In this document: one piece after another, positions 8,306 through 18,415 of the stretch | Position numbering within the stretch: the first letter of the stretch is position 1 | How the letters are laid out: every line of letters begins with the position of its first letter | Source of the DNA: Acidobacteria bacterium RIFCSPLOWO2_12_FULL_68_19 | GTDB lineage: Bacteria; Acidobacteriota; Vicinamibacteria; Vicinamibacterales; UBA2999 | DNA: 64,000 nt | Reading direction: 5' to 3' | NCBI GenBank assembly: GCA_001767525.1 | Contig: MELF01000046.1 | Location: 22,811 to 86,810, forward strand | Translations under genes and position numbers: made by a program | Notes under the pieces: model-generated | Told to the model about the DNA's origin: nothing | The model's input: the letters and a program-made list of their open reading frames with translations, nothing else | Database searches by the model: none

Positions 8306-8889
8306 GGCGTGTACGCTGGGCATTGGTGATGGCGCTCGTGATGGCGCCGCTGGCAGGGGACATCGCCGGGCAGGAGACGGCGCCAAAGCCGGCGCCCGCG
8401 CCGAAACCGGAGGCGGCGCCAAAGCCCGCGGCGGCCGGTCCGGCACTGGTCGTCGAGACCACCAAAGGGACGATCGAGATCGAGATGTATGCGGCCGACG
8501 CGCCGAAGACCGTGGCGCAGATCACCGCGCTGGCCAAGCGGAACTTCTACAACGGCCTCCGGATCCATCGCGTGGAGCCGGGATTCGTGGTGCAGTTCGG
8601 CGATCCGCTCACCCGCGACATGACCAAGCGCTCGCTGTGGGGCACGGGCGGGAGCGGCCGAGTGATCGGCGCCGTCGAGACCAAGCGGACCCATCGGCTC
8701 GGCTCGGTCGCCATGGCGCATGCCGGCGATCCGGCCAAGGCCGATTCTCAGATGTACATCCTGCTCCGGAACTCGGCAACGGCGCTCGACGGCAAGTACG
8801 CCGTCTTCGGCCAGGTGGTGACGGGGATGGACGTGGTCCAGACGATCGCCGTCGGCGACATGATCCGGCGCGTCAGCGTGAAGCCCTGA
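8302..8889 (+). CDS. Exported cyclophilin-type peptidyl-prolyl isomerase
   Basis: APKTV, FYNGLRIHRVEPGFVVQFGDP, VAMAH, LDGKYAVFGQV; signal peptide. Confidence 0.9.
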   Translation: MRRVRWALVMALVMAPLAGDIAGQETAPKPAPAPKPEAAPKPAAAGPALVVETTKGTIEIEMYAADAPKTVAQITALAKRNFYNGLRIHRVEPGFVVQFGDPLTRDMTKRSLWGTGGSGRVIGAVETKRTHRLGSVAMAHAGDPAKADSQMYILLRNSATALDGKYAVFGQVVTGMDVVQTIAVGDMIRRVSVKP

Positions 8890-8890
8890 C

Positions 8891-9039
8891 GAAGTGGAAC
8901 AAGTGGAGAAGTGGAGAAGTGGAGAAGTGGAAAAGTAAGTTCCAAAGGCGTTGATGTAGGCGCTACATCAGACTGACTTCCTGCACTTCGTCCACTTCGT
9001 CTACTTTTCCACTTCTTCCACTTCGTCCACTTTTCCACG
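8891..9039. repeat. 8-9-mer repeat palindrome (GAAGTGGA / TCCACTTC) between convergent genes
   Basis: gaagtggaacaagtggagaagtggagaagtggagaagtggaa ... tccacttcgtctacttttccacttcttccacttcgtccacttttccac. Confidence 0.8.
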
Positions 9040-9985
9040 GTTTGGCGACCAGATCGCGGATCTCGGGATAACGATCCACGATCTCGGGCAGGTATTCGCC
9101 CTCGATCGGGTCTCCCAGCTGCGCCTTCAACATCACGGCGTTGACCACCGACCTGGCGGCGAAGTGATTGTTCGTATAGAGGTAGACCTTCTTGACGAGC
9201 GCCTTCGCCGCGGCCGCCGTCTCTGAGAACTCCTTCAGTTCTGCCGCGGAATACAGGTAGTTGTAGCGATCCTCCGCGCGCTCGTGCCGCCACCACGCCG
9301 CGGCGTTTCTCCCGTGCAGGCGCATGTAATAGAAGCCGGTGACGTTCGGCAGCGCATTCTGCCGGATCGAGAAGGGGAACTTCGGCTCGTCGATGTGCAC
9401 CCAGGCGGCCTGAAACGCATTGAGCAGCTGCAGCGTGTCCCCGACCCCGTCACTCCAGCTGCGATGGCGCAGCTCGACCGCCACCGGATAGTCGCCGAAC
9501 AACCGCAGCAGCCGCGCGAGATAGTCGCGCGACGCTGGAGTGCTCGTGAAGCTCGGCGGGAACTGCGCCAGCAGCGACCCGAGCTTGCCCGCTCGCGCGA
9601 TCGGCTCGATGCCGCCGCGGAAGTCGTCGACGTCGGAGCGGGTCACCTCGGCCAGCAGGTCGAGCAGCACGCCTTCCGATCCGGGCGCCGACGTGAGCGC
9701 CGCCTCGCGGAACATCTTCGGATGGGTGAACTTCTGATAGAGCTTCAGCGCGAAGCTGAAGCGCGCCGGCGTCCGTGCCGCCCAGCCGGCGGTCACCTCC
9801 GCCCGCGGCTGCCCGTAGAAGGTCGTGTTCACCTCGACCGTATCGAAGTGCTCCGCGTAGAAGCGCAGCTCGTCGAAGCCGGCCGTCCCGCGCCGCTTCG
9901 AGCGGGTTGCCGGATAGAACACACCGTTCCACGTGCCCTTGCCCGACCGATAGCTCCAGCCCGACGTGCCGACATGTACGCTCAT
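8963..9985 (-). CDS. DUF72 (YecE-like) protein
   Basis: VGTSGWSY, VEVNTTFY, LAQFPPSF, AVELRHRSW, YMRLHGRN, YTNNH. Confidence 0.88.
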   Translation of the reverse strand: MSVHVGTSGWSYRSGKGTWNGVFYPATRSKRRGTAGFDELRFYAEHFDTVEVNTTFYGQPRAEVTAGWAARTPARFSFALKLYQKFTHPKMFREAALTSAPGSEGVLLDLLAEVTRSDVDDFRGGIEPIARAGKLGSLLAQFPPSFTSTPASRDYLARLLRLFGDYPVAVELRHRSWSDGVGDTLQLLNAFQAAWVHIDEPKFPFSIRQNALPNVTGFYYMRLHGRNAAAWWRHERAEDRYNYLYSAAELKEFSETAAAAKALVKKVYLYTNNHFAARSVVNAVMLKAQLGDPIEGEYLPEIVDRYPEIRDLVAKPWKSGRSGRSGKVDEVDEVQEVSLM

Positions 9986-10011
9986 GGAGCCCGGGACCGA
10001 TAATAAGGGGA

Positions 10012-10653
10012 TTGCTGACGATCAACGAAATCTTCCATTCGATCCAGGGAGAGTCGACCTACGCCGGCCGGCGGTGCGTCTTCGTGCGCCTGACCGCGTG
10101 CGACCTGCGCTGCTCGTGGTGCGACACGCCGTATGCGTTCCACGAGGGGCGCAGGCTCTCGCTGGACGACGTGCTGGCCGAGGTCGAGCGCGCCGACTGC
10201 CCGCTCGTCGAGATCACGGGCGGCGAGCCGCTGCTGCAGGAAGACGTCTATCCGCTGATGCAGTCGCTCGTCCACCGCGGGAAGACCGTGCTGCTCGAGA
10301 CGGGCGGGCACCGCAGCACCGCCCGCGTCCCCGAGCCGGTGATCACCATTCTCGACGTGAAGTGCCCAGGGAGCGGCGAGTCGCACCGCAACGACTGGGG
10401 CAACCTGGAGCGGCTGCGGCCGCGCGACGAGGTGAAGTTCGTGGTCAAGGAGCGCGCCGACTACGAGTTCGCCCGTGACGTGATGGCCCGGTTCCGCCTG
10501 GCGGAGCGTGCCGCTGCCGTGCACCTCTCGCCCGTGCACGGGGTGCTCGCGCCGCGCGAACTGGCCGCCTGGGTGCTGGCCGATCGGCTGCCGGCGCGCG
10601 TCCAGCTGCAGCTCCACAAGTACATCTGGAGCCCGGACACCCGAGGGGTCTGA
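10012..10653 (+). CDS. queE: 7-carboxy-7-deazaguanine synthase (radical SAM)
   Basis: [30 protein letters not shown]; next to queC. Confidence 0.9.
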   Translation: MLTINEIFHSIQGESTYAGRRCVFVRLTACDLRCSWCDTPYAFHEGRRLSLDDVLAEVERADCPLVEITGGEPLLQEDVYPLMQSLVHRGKTVLLETGGHRSTARVPEPVITILDVKCPGSGESHRNDWGNLERLRPRDEVKFVVKERADYEFARDVMARFRLAERAAAVHLSPVHGVLAPRELAAWVLADRLPARVQLQLHKYIWSPDTRGV

Positions 10654-10654
10654 C

Positions 10655-11329
10655 GTGGCGGACGCGGTCGTCCTGCTGAGCGGCGGTCTCGACTCGTACA
10701 CGGCCGCCGCCATTGCCCGCGGTGAGGGGTATCGGCTCTTCGCGCTCACGGTCCGCTACGGCCAGCGCCACGCCCACGAACTCCAGGCGGCCCGGGTCGT
10801 CGCCGCCGCGCTCGGCGTGGCGCGCCATCTCGAAATCGACGTCGATCTCTCCGCGTTCGGCGGCTCCTCGCTCACCTCGACCGCGCCGGTGCCGAAGGAT
10901 CGGCCGCTCGACGGCACGGAGATTCCGTCGACCTACGTGCCGGCCCGCAACACGGTTTTCCTGGCGCTCGCGCTCGCCTGGGCCGAGACGCTCGGCGCCG
11001 ACGACGTCTTCATCGGCGTCAACGCCCTCGATTACTCGGGATATCCAGACTGTCGCCCGGAGTTCCTTGGTGCCTTCGAGCGGCTGGCGGCGCTCGCGAC
11101 CGCCAGAGGAGTCAGCGGCGCCGCATTTCGTGTGCACGCGCCGCTGCTGAACCTCACGAAGAGGGAAATCATCCGTCGGGGCGTGACCCTCGGCCTCGAT
11201 TACGGCCTTACGCACAGCTGCTACGACCCCGATCCTGCCGGGCGGCCGTGCGGCCGCTGCGACAGCTGCCGCCTGCGGGCGCTCGGCTTTGCACAGGCCG
11301 GTGTCGTCGACCCGCTGCTCGGCCGATAA
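10655..11329 (+). CDS. queC: 7-cyano-7-deazaguanine synthase
   Basis: [34 protein letters not shown]. Confidence 0.95.
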   Translation: MADAVVLLSGGLDSYTAAAIARGEGYRLFALTVRYGQRHAHELQAARVVAAALGVARHLEIDVDLSAFGGSSLTSTAPVPKDRPLDGTEIPSTYVPARNTVFLALALAWAETLGADDVFIGVNALDYSGYPDCRPEFLGAFERLAALATARGVSGAAFRVHAPLLNLTKREIIRRGVTLGLDYGLTHSCYDPDPAGRPCGRCDSCRLRALGFAQAGVVDPLLGR

Positions 11330-11354
11330 TCGCTGGTACCATTCGAGCGATCAC

Positions 11355-13157
11355 ATGAGGACCGCGCAGCCCAGTTCGATGCGGCGACAACTCCTGCTCG
11401 CCTTGCTGTTGTTCGTCGTCCCGGTGGTTGCGGCGGCGGTCCTGCTCGGCTACGTGGAGTTCCAGGAGGCGACCGAGGAGCTCGTCGATCGGACGCACGC
11501 AGCCGCGTTGCGGACGGCCGCCGCCATCGAGCGTGACATCACCGGATTGGACCGGATGGCGAGGAACCTGGTGAGCCATCCCGCCGTCCAGGAGCTCGAG
11601 CCCGAGGCGGTGGCGCTCCTCAGACCGCAGCGGGATCAGCGTCCGGCGCTCTTCGAGCTCGTGTTGATGGATCGCGAGGGGCGTGTGGTCGCGCGCGCGG
11701 ATCGGTCGGCCGAGATTCCTCCGCACCTGTCGGGGCTCGCGGCGCAGGTGGTCCGGCACGCCGCGCGTGTGGTGTCGCCGCTCGAAGTCGGGCGATCGGG
11801 GCGGCCGAGCGTGACGCTCGCATACCCGGTGCGCAACGGTGCAGGGACGATTACCGGCGTGCTCGCCTACTGCGTGAATACCCAACAGGTTCTGGACGAG
11901 GTCGCGCAGCCGCTCATGCCGGAGCAGTCCGTCATCGCGCTCATGGACCGCTCCGGTCGTGTGCTGGCGCACCGTCCCGATCCCGGGACGTTCGTGGGCC
12001 GGACGCTCGGGAACGGCTGGTTCGAGAACGGCCCGGCCGCGTCGCAGCAGGACCAGGGCGTCGAGGCCGTGCGGCGCGTCTACGGCCAGGCGCTCGTCTC
12101 CGACGGACTCTGGATGGTGACCGTCGGCATTCCGGCGTCGGTCGCGAGCGACCGCGCCGTGCTGTTGTGGCTGCGCACGCTTCCAGTGTTGCTGGTAATG
12201 CTCGGCGGCTTGGTCGCAATCACGCTGATGTTCTCGCGCCGATTGAGCCGCTCGGTGGCGCACCTCGATGCCGCTGCGCAGCGGATCGCCTCGGGCGACT
12301 TCAACCCACTCGAGCGGCGGGCGATGCCGACGCGTGAATTCGCCGACCTCCAGGATGCGTTCGACTCCATGCTGCGACGGTTCAACGAGACCCACGCCGC
12401 CCTCGATGCGCAGATGGCCGAGGAGCGGCGCATACGCCAGGAGGTCGAATCGCTCCAGCGGCAGGTCATCCGGCAGGAACGGCTTGCCGCCGTCGGCCAG
12501 CTCGTGTCCGGCGTGGCGCACGAGATCAACAACCCGCTGCAGGCGATCCTCGGATTCGCCGAGCTGCTGCAGATGCAGCACGAGCTGCCGGAGTCGGTCC
12601 GAACCGACCTCCTGCTCATCCAGAAGGAAAGCACCCGCGCCTGCGGCATCATCCGGAACCTCGCCTTGTTCGCGCGGCAACAGACCGGCGAAGCCGAGAC
12701 GGTCCGCCTCACCGATGTGATCCAGTCGGTGGCCGAGCTCAGGCAGCGGCGCCTCGAGACCGAGAACATCGAGCTGCGGATCGAAGACGCCTCCGAGCGG
12801 CCGGTGATGGCCGTGCTCACCGAGCTGCAGCAGGTCGTTCTCAATTTCGTGGTCAACGCCGAGCAGGCGATCGTGCTGTCCGGCCGGCAGCCCGGCCGGA
12901 TCACGATTCGATCGCGGGACGAGGGGCCTCGTGTGGTTCTCGAGGTCGAGGACACCGGCCCCGGCATCGCGCCGGAGCACGAGCCGCGGCTCTTCCAGCC
13001 TTTCTTCACGACCAAGCCGGTCGGGCAGGGCACGGGGCTCGGGCTGTCGGTGAGCTACGGCATCGTCGATTCGCTCGGCGGCGCCATCGGCTATCGCCGC
13101 GCCTCCGCCGGCGGCGCCATCTTCTACTTCGACCTTCCTGCAGCGCCGGTCCAGTGA
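11355..13157 (+). CDS. Sensor histidine kinase (periplasmic Cache-like, HAMP, HisKA, HATPase)
   Basis: Two TM helices; GVAHEINNPL H-box, QQVVLNFVVNA, DTGPGI, FFTTK, GTGLGL. Confidence 0.9.
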   Translation: MRTAQPSSMRRQLLLALLLFVVPVVAAAVLLGYVEFQEATEELVDRTHAAALRTAAAIERDITGLDRMARNLVSHPAVQELEPEAVALLRPQRDQRPALFELVLMDREGRVVARADRSAEIPPHLSGLAAQVVRHAARVVSPLEVGRSGRPSVTLAYPVRNGAGTITGVLAYCVNTQQVLDEVAQPLMPEQSVIALMDRSGRVLAHRPDPGTFVGRTLGNGWFENGPAASQQDQGVEAVRRVYGQALVSDGLWMVTVGIPASVASDRAVLLWLRTLPVLLVMLGGLVAITLMFSRRLSRSVAHLDAAAQRIASGDFNPLERRAMPTREFADLQDAFDSMLRRFNETHAALDAQMAEERRIRQEVESLQRQVIRQERLAAVGQLVSGVAHEINNPLQAILGFAELLQMQHELPESVRTDLLLIQKESTRACGIIRNLALFARQQTGEAETVRLTDVIQSVAELRQRRLETENIELRIEDASERPVMAVLTELQQVVLNFVVNAEQAIVLSGRQPGRITIRSRDEGPRVVLEVEDTGPGIAPEHEPRLFQPFFTTKPVGQGTGLGLSVSYGIVDSLGGAIGYRRASAGGAIFYFDLPAAPVQ

Positions 13158-13212
13158 CCGGCCGGATCTGTGTTTCTGTGTCTCTGTGGCCCGTCGGACC
13201 GGCCGCGGTGGA

Positions 13213-14745
13213 CTATGGGCGACGGCTGAACGTCGCCAGCCGCACGGCAATCCGGTCGATCGCCTCGACAGCGGCGTCGCCGGATCCCTCGAACGCATCG
13301 GCCATGATTGCGAAGGCGAGCGTCTCCTCGTCGCGCGTCCGGACGTAGCCGGCCAGCGTCCGGATGTTCGTCATCGTGCCTGTCTTCGCGCGGACGTTTC
13401 CCTCCGCGGCGGTTCCGCGCATGCGGGCCGCCAGTGTGCCGTCCCGTCCCGCCACCGGCAGCGCCGTCATCCACGGCGACTGCCCGGACGCGTCGTACAT
13501 GCGCCGCAGCACCGCCACGAGCACCTCGGGCGCTACGGCGTTTCGGCGCGATAGTCCAGAGCCGTCGACGATCTGCCACGCCTCGTCTGCGATGCCCCAG
13601 CTGCGAAGCCGGGTGCGAAGGCCCTCCAGCGCCGCATCGTTGGTGGGGAACACGCCCTTCGGCGCGTTGAGCCGCAGCACCGCCTCCCCGTAGAGATTGA
13701 TGCTTTCCTTCAACATGGGCTGGGCGAGCTGGGCGAGCGGGGGTGACCGGTGTTCGTAGATTCCGCTGCCCTTTCCACGATCGATGAGTGGCGGCACGTC
13801 ATCGACGTCGTACGCGTCCCCCGTCGTCTCGATGCCGGAGCTGATGAGCTCGTAGCGAAGCACGTTGGCGAACCAGAGCGTCGGGTTGCCCACCGAGACG
13901 GTCAGGCGCGCCGGTGGCGCACCTGCGGGGATGAATCCGGCGATCGTCAGCAACGGCTCGCCTGGCCGCTGTTCGGGCCACAGGAGCGGCATGGAGTCGG
14001 GCTCCCGTGTCACCGTCCTGTTGTCCAGCGGCCGCGCGGCGGCGTGCGGCTCCACGGTGAGCGTCGCCTGGCTTCCGGCGGTCTCGGCCGGGGCGACGGT
14101 CACCTCCATGCGATTCTCGGCGTAGTTCAACGCGCCGAACAGTGCGCCCGTCGCATGACCGAGATCGTCCCACGCCCACGCCAGTTGTGGCCGCGGCTCC
14201 TCGATGCCGTTGTCGTCGCCGATGATGCGGCCGTCGATGCGGTGGAGACCGCCCTTTCGCAGTGCCTGGATCCACGGCATCAGGTCGGTGCCGCCGCGTC
14301 CGGCAATGGACGGGTCGCCCGACCCGGTCACGATCATGTCGCCGTGGAGAACCCCGTCCAGGATGGGGCCCGTCACCCAAGCGGACGTCTCGAATTGATG
14401 TCCCCATCCCACGGCATCCACTGCGCCCGCCAGGCTCACCAGCTTCACCGTGGACGCGGGCACGAGCAGCGTGCCGGGATTCAGCTCGAACAGCCGCTCG
14501 CCGCGGTCGAGCGACTCGACGATGACGCCCCAGGCGGCGCGGCCGACGCCTGGCGCCGTGATCGTAGCTGTGATGTCGTCGCTGAGTTGCTGGAGGGGAT
14601 TGTCGGGGCGGGATGGAGTGACGGCGGCCGGCGCGCGGGCGCAGGAGGCGAGCTCGAGACTCAAGGCGCAGACCGCGAACCTCACGCAGCGCCGGAACCG
14701 AAGCCCTCCCGCGTCACGCGTCCTGCGCCTCGAGCCGCACGTCAT
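13213..14745 (-). CDS. dacB: D-Ala-D-Ala carboxypeptidase/endopeptidase (PBP4, peptidase S13)
   Basis: PASTVK (SxxK), SIN (SxN), DGSGLSR, AKTGT. Confidence 0.9.
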   Translation of the reverse strand: MTCGSRRRTRDAGGLRFRRCVRFAVCALSLELASCARAPAAVTPSRPDNPLQQLSDDITATITAPGVGRAAWGVIVESLDRGERLFELNPGTLLVPASTVKLVSLAGAVDAVGWGHQFETSAWVTGPILDGVLHGDMIVTGSGDPSIAGRGGTDLMPWIQALRKGGLHRIDGRIIGDDNGIEEPRPQLAWAWDDLGHATGALFGALNYAENRMEVTVAPAETAGSQATLTVEPHAAARPLDNRTVTREPDSMPLLWPEQRPGEPLLTIAGFIPAGAPPARLTVSVGNPTLWFANVLRYELISSGIETTGDAYDVDDVPPLIDRGKGSGIYEHRSPPLAQLAQPMLKESINLYGEAVLRLNAPKGVFPTNDAALEGLRTRLRSWGIADEAWQIVDGSGLSRRNAVAPEVLVAVLRRMYDASGQSPWMTALPVAGRDGTLAARMRGTAAEGNVRAKTGTMTNIRTLAGYVRTRDEETLAFAIMADAFEGSGDAAVEAIDRIAVRLATFSRRP

Positions 14746-16061
14746 TTCATGGCATCGACAGCCTTCATCGCCTCGTCAAAGGCCGCCGGGTCGACCCGTG
14801 CGGAACCCGGCTCGTCCGATCGGCTCGCGAACACGTCGTTTCCCGACCGGCCGAACGTGACGGTCTCGGTCTTGTTCTCGTCGAAGCGCACGGTCGCCGT
14901 GGCCACAGGGGTCTTGAGCGAGGCATGTGCGGTCTGCTGGAACGCCTGCGCCTGAAGGTTGGACAGGCGCATGACCGCGTCCTCCACCTTGGGGGCGTCG
15001 ATGGTTTGTCCAGATGCGTTCCGCCACGTCGTCTTGCCCCCCTCTTCCCGCTTCTCGAACACCATCGGGTCGGCGGCGCCGCGCCGCAGCTCGAGCCGGC
15101 TGGCGCTGAACGACCGCGCGTCGAACAGGTCCTTGCGCCGGAAATCGAACACGTCCTTGCCGAGGTCGGTGGCCAGGGCTTCCTCCACCGTGAACACCGT
15201 GGGTCTGGCGGCATCCTTCGCGAAGAAGCCGCCGTCTGCGGCCTTGCCGCCGAGCTGCAGCGTCGCCCGCGTGCTTCCCGCCATGACCGTCGCCGCGAGC
15301 GAGGGCCGGTCGAGGCCGTACTTGCGGAGGTCGGCCGCGTCCTCGTCCACCACCTTGAGCATGTGCGTGGACGAGAGGCGCGTCAGCAGCCCCTCGGCGG
15401 CAGCGTAGTCGGCACGCGCGGCGATCGGCTTGGCGATTCGCCACTCACTGCCGTTGCGCGTGAACTGGACCGCCGAGGTTCCCTCCGACAGCTCCACGCC
15501 GTCGACCTTGTCCCGCTCGAACTTCAGGATCACCTTGTCCCGCAGGTCGAACGGCGCCTTGTTGAAGATCGAATCGAGGTACGACGAAATGAGGAAGACC
15601 CTCGGCTCGTTCGGGCGCTTCGCGTACACGTCTCCACCGGTCGCCGTCTTGTCGCCGACCAGCAGGTGCTGGAATTCCTTCTGGTCCTTGAGCCGGAATC
15701 CCACGTCGATGCGCGCCGGCTCCAGCCCGTACTGCTTGAGGTCGGCCGGCTTCTCCTCGACGACGCGCTGCACCTCGAGCGACGCCAGGTTGCTCGTCAC
15801 CGTGCCCACGACGCCGTCGTCGGCATCTGCCTTGACGGGCTGGACGAGCTGCCAGTTGCCGTTGTCGAGCTGGGCTCGCGAAGTGTCGCCGTCGGCGTTC
15901 GTGATCTCGATCTCCTGGATGCTGTCGGACGAGAGCTGGTCGAACGCCCGCGGTTTGGCGTTGGGGTCGGCGGGCTCCCGCCGTGCCTCGTAGAAGAAGA
16001 TGTAGCCGGCGAGGCCCCCGAGGACGACCAGCAGCGCGATTGTCGTCTTCAGCCCACGCAT
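14742..16061 (-). CDS. DUF4340-type accessory protein of Gld-like ABC system
   Basis: N-terminal TM helix; repeated W-x-I/L-x-x-P..AD and YGL..P units; operon position. Confidence 0.7.
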   Translation of the reverse strand: MRGLKTTIALLVVLGGLAGYIFFYEARREPADPNAKPRAFDQLSSDSIQEIEITNADGDTSRAQLDNGNWQLVQPVKADADDGVVGTVTSNLASLEVQRVVEEKPADLKQYGLEPARIDVGFRLKDQKEFQHLLVGDKTATGGDVYAKRPNEPRVFLISSYLDSIFNKAPFDLRDKVILKFERDKVDGVELSEGTSAVQFTRNGSEWRIAKPIAARADYAAAEGLLTRLSSTHMLKVVDEDAADLRKYGLDRPSLAATVMAGSTRATLQLGGKAADGGFFAKDAARPTVFTVEEALATDLGKDVFDFRRKDLFDARSFSASRLELRRGAADPMVFEKREEGGKTTWRNASGQTIDAPKVEDAVMRLSNLQAQAFQQTAHASLKTPVATATVRFDENKTETVTFGRSGNDVFASRSDEPGSARVDPAAFDEAMKAVDAMK

Positions 16062-16062
16062 C

Positions 16063-17640
16063 CTATCTCCTCCGCCACCAGGTGAACACGCCCGCGGCAA
16101 AGACGAGCGCGGGGATGAACAGGATCGACGCCAGGAACGCCAGCGTCTGCTGCTGCGGCGTCATCGTCACCCGTCGATCGTCGGCTTGCTTGGGCCGGAT
16201 GGCGATGAGATTCTCCTGCTGCGCCAGCCAGTTGACGGCGTTCGCGAACAGGTTCGGGTTGCCCGGCACGCCGGCGTAGGCGTTGGTGGCGAAGTCCGAG
16301 TCGCCGAAGATGACCACGCGCGTCTCGGGCTTCGGCTCGTTGCCGCTCGGCGCGGAAGAGGGCGGCGGCGTGCTCGTGCCCGTGTCGGAGGCCGGCGCCG
16401 ACACGGCCACGGCGACCGACAGCGGCCCGGCCTTGTCCCCGCCCTCGGCGTCGAGCGCCACGCCGGTCGCAAGCGAGGCGAAATTCGATTCGGCCCAGCT
16501 CGCGCGGCTCGTCTCGACGATGGTCGTCGGCGTTCGCCCGCTCGTGCCGCCCGCCGCGGGCTCGACGGTTCGCGCCACCGGGTAGATCGTCAGTGTCGAG
16601 AACTGTTCCGTGATCGCGTGCAGCGGATAGGTCGCCGCCACGGCGATGCTCGGCTCGTTGGTGGCGCCGCTGACGTCGACGACGACGTTGGTACCGAGGG
16701 TGACGCCCCACTCCTTGATGAGCGCCTCGACGTTCGGCAGCGCCTTCGGCGCGTCGCCGAGCGGCGGATCGACGAGCACCATCAGCTTCCCGGCGCGGCC
16801 GAGATACGCCCGCAGCATGTCGAGCTCGGCGGGGAGGATGTCGCTCGTCGGGCCTCCAACCACGACGACGGTCGCATCGGCGGGGACGTCCTTCTGCTGC
16901 GCGAGGACCAGCCGCTCCACCAGGTAGTTGTCGCTCCGCAGCATGCCGCTCAGCGCGCTGTAGCCGTCGCGCTCGGTCCTGTTCGGCTCTTTCTCGCCGT
17001 GCCCCTGGAGGAAGTACACCTTCCGCTCCTTGTCGGAGAGCGCCTTGATCAGGCCGTTGGTCAGCTCCTGTTCGCCGTCGGCGGTGACGCGCTCGCGCTT
17101 GCCCATGTACTCGATCACGACCGTGCCGTACTGCTGGATCTCGTATTGCTTCGCGACGACCGGTCGAGTGTCCGGATCGACGTACTCGACTGTGACGTTC
17201 CGCGAGTGGTACGCGTACTCATTGAGGCGGTTGCGGAACCGGTCGAAGTCGGTCTGCCGGTCGAACACGGTGAACTTCACCGGGCCCTGCAGCCCCTGCA
17301 GTACCTTGACCGTCTGCTCCGAGAGGCTGTTCTGCCGGCTCGCCGTCAGATCCCACCGCTTGTTCTGGCGCGACCCCAGGTAGTTGACGCCGACGGTGAT
17401 GGCGAGTGCCGCGAGCACGCCGGTCGTGGCGAGCGCCCCGTACCGCGCCTGACGCCGCCGGAAGTAGTTCAGGATCTCCCGCCACTGTCCGAGCGTGTAG
17501 AGCACGACGAGCGCGAGGCCCCCCCACGCGCCCCACGTCGCATACTGGTTCCATTCGGGTCTGAGGAAACGAACGGCCACGGCGCCGAAGACGAGCGCCG
17601 TGCCGACCCAGCCGAGGATGTTCAGAATTCGCTGCAGCAT
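16063..17640 (-). CDS. GldG-like ABC transporter auxiliary/substrate-binding component
   Basis: RWDLT..SLSEQT, VYFLQGHGE, VIFGDSDF, N..LFANAVNWL, C-terminal TM plus WWRRR. Confidence 0.82.
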   Translation of the reverse strand: MLQRILNILGWVGTALVFGAVAVRFLRPEWNQYATWGAWGGLALVVLYTLGQWREILNYFRRRQARYGALATTGVLAALAITVGVNYLGSRQNKRWDLTASRQNSLSEQTVKVLQGLQGPVKFTVFDRQTDFDRFRNRLNEYAYHSRNVTVEYVDPDTRPVVAKQYEIQQYGTVVIEYMGKRERVTADGEQELTNGLIKALSDKERKVYFLQGHGEKEPNRTERDGYSALSGMLRSDNYLVERLVLAQQKDVPADATVVVVGGPTSDILPAELDMLRAYLGRAGKLMVLVDPPLGDAPKALPNVEALIKEWGVTLGTNVVVDVSGATNEPSIAVAATYPLHAITEQFSTLTIYPVARTVEPAAGGTSGRTPTTIVETSRASWAESNFASLATGVALDAEGGDKAGPLSVAVAVSAPASDTGTSTPPPSSAPSGNEPKPETRVVIFGDSDFATNAYAGVPGNPNLFANAVNWLAQQENLIAIRPKQADDRRVTMTPQQQTLAFLASILFIPALVFAAGVFTWWRRR

Positions 17641-17644
17641 GGCC

Positions 17645-18415
17645 CTATCCGCGCCAGCGCTCGCTGTCGACCGCCCGAACGGTCAGAAACAGGCTGAACG
17701 CGATGAATGAGACGTAGTAGACGAGGTGCTTGGTATCGACGACGCCCCGGGTGAAGTCGTTCAGGTGCTCGGTAATCGACAGGTAGTTCAGCACGCTCTG
17801 GGTCGTCGGGCCCATGAACGTCGCGATCCAGTTGATCACCCAGAAGAGGAGGAACAGCGCGAAGGTGACCATGCCCGCCACGATCTGGTTGCGGGTCAGG
17901 CTCGAGACGAACAGCCCGAGCGACAGGAAGCAGCCGCCCATCAGCAGCAGCCCCAGGTAGCCGCTCGCGACGGGCCGCCACTCCGGGTTGCCGAATGCGA
18001 AGAGGAACCCCATGTGGACGAGCGTCACCGCCAGCATCGCCCCGTACAGGATGAGCCCGCCGAGGAACTTGCCGAAGACGATCTGCGAATCGGTCAGCGG
18101 CGAGGTCAGCAGCAGCTCGATCGTGCCCGAGCGTTTTTCCTCGGAGTAGGTGCGCATCGTCACGAGCGGCAGCGTGAACAACAGGATGACGCTGACGTTC
18201 AGGAAGAGCGGCGAAATCAGCTGGTCGTTCACGTTCACCGACTGCGGCCCCTCGAAGCCGGCGCCCGCCTGCATCGAGATGCGGTCGAAGTAGTACAGCA
18301 GGTTGATGAAGAACCAGCCGTAGAGGATCGCCGAGAATCCGATCACGATGTACGCAATCGGCGAGGCGAAGTAGCCCTTCAGTTCCTTCTGCGCGATCGC
18401 CAGGATGTTACTCAT
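17645..18415 (-). CDS. GldF-like ABC-2 permease
   Basis: KELKGYFASPIAY, TMRTYSEEKRSGTIELLLTSP, SSLTRNQIVA. Confidence 0.85.
   Translation of the reverse strand: MSNILAIAQKELKGYFASPIAYIVIGFSAILYGWFFINLLYYFDRISMQAGAGFEGPQSVNVNDQLISPLFLNVSVILLFTLPLVTMRTYSEEKRSGTIELLLTSPLTDSQIVFGKFLGGLILYGAMLAVTLVHMGFLFAFGNPEWRPVASGYLGLLLMGGCFLSLGLFVSSLTRNQIVAGMVTFALFLLFWVINWIATFMGPTTQSVLNYLSITEHLNDFTRGVVDTKHLVYYVSFIAFSLFLTVRAVDSERWRG

Noticed and set aside
10012-11329. queEC as a 7-deazaguanine DNA modification (dpd) system
   Set aside because: No dpdA/tgt paralogue or defence genes nearby; ordinary queuosine synthesis suffices.
11208-13298. 696-aa antisense ORF, and similar long ORFs (19466-22498, 41601-44063, 49616-52234, 52314-54734, 57031-59019)
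   Set aside because: Shadow ORFs opposite well-supported genes; expected at this GC content, and they show no motifs.
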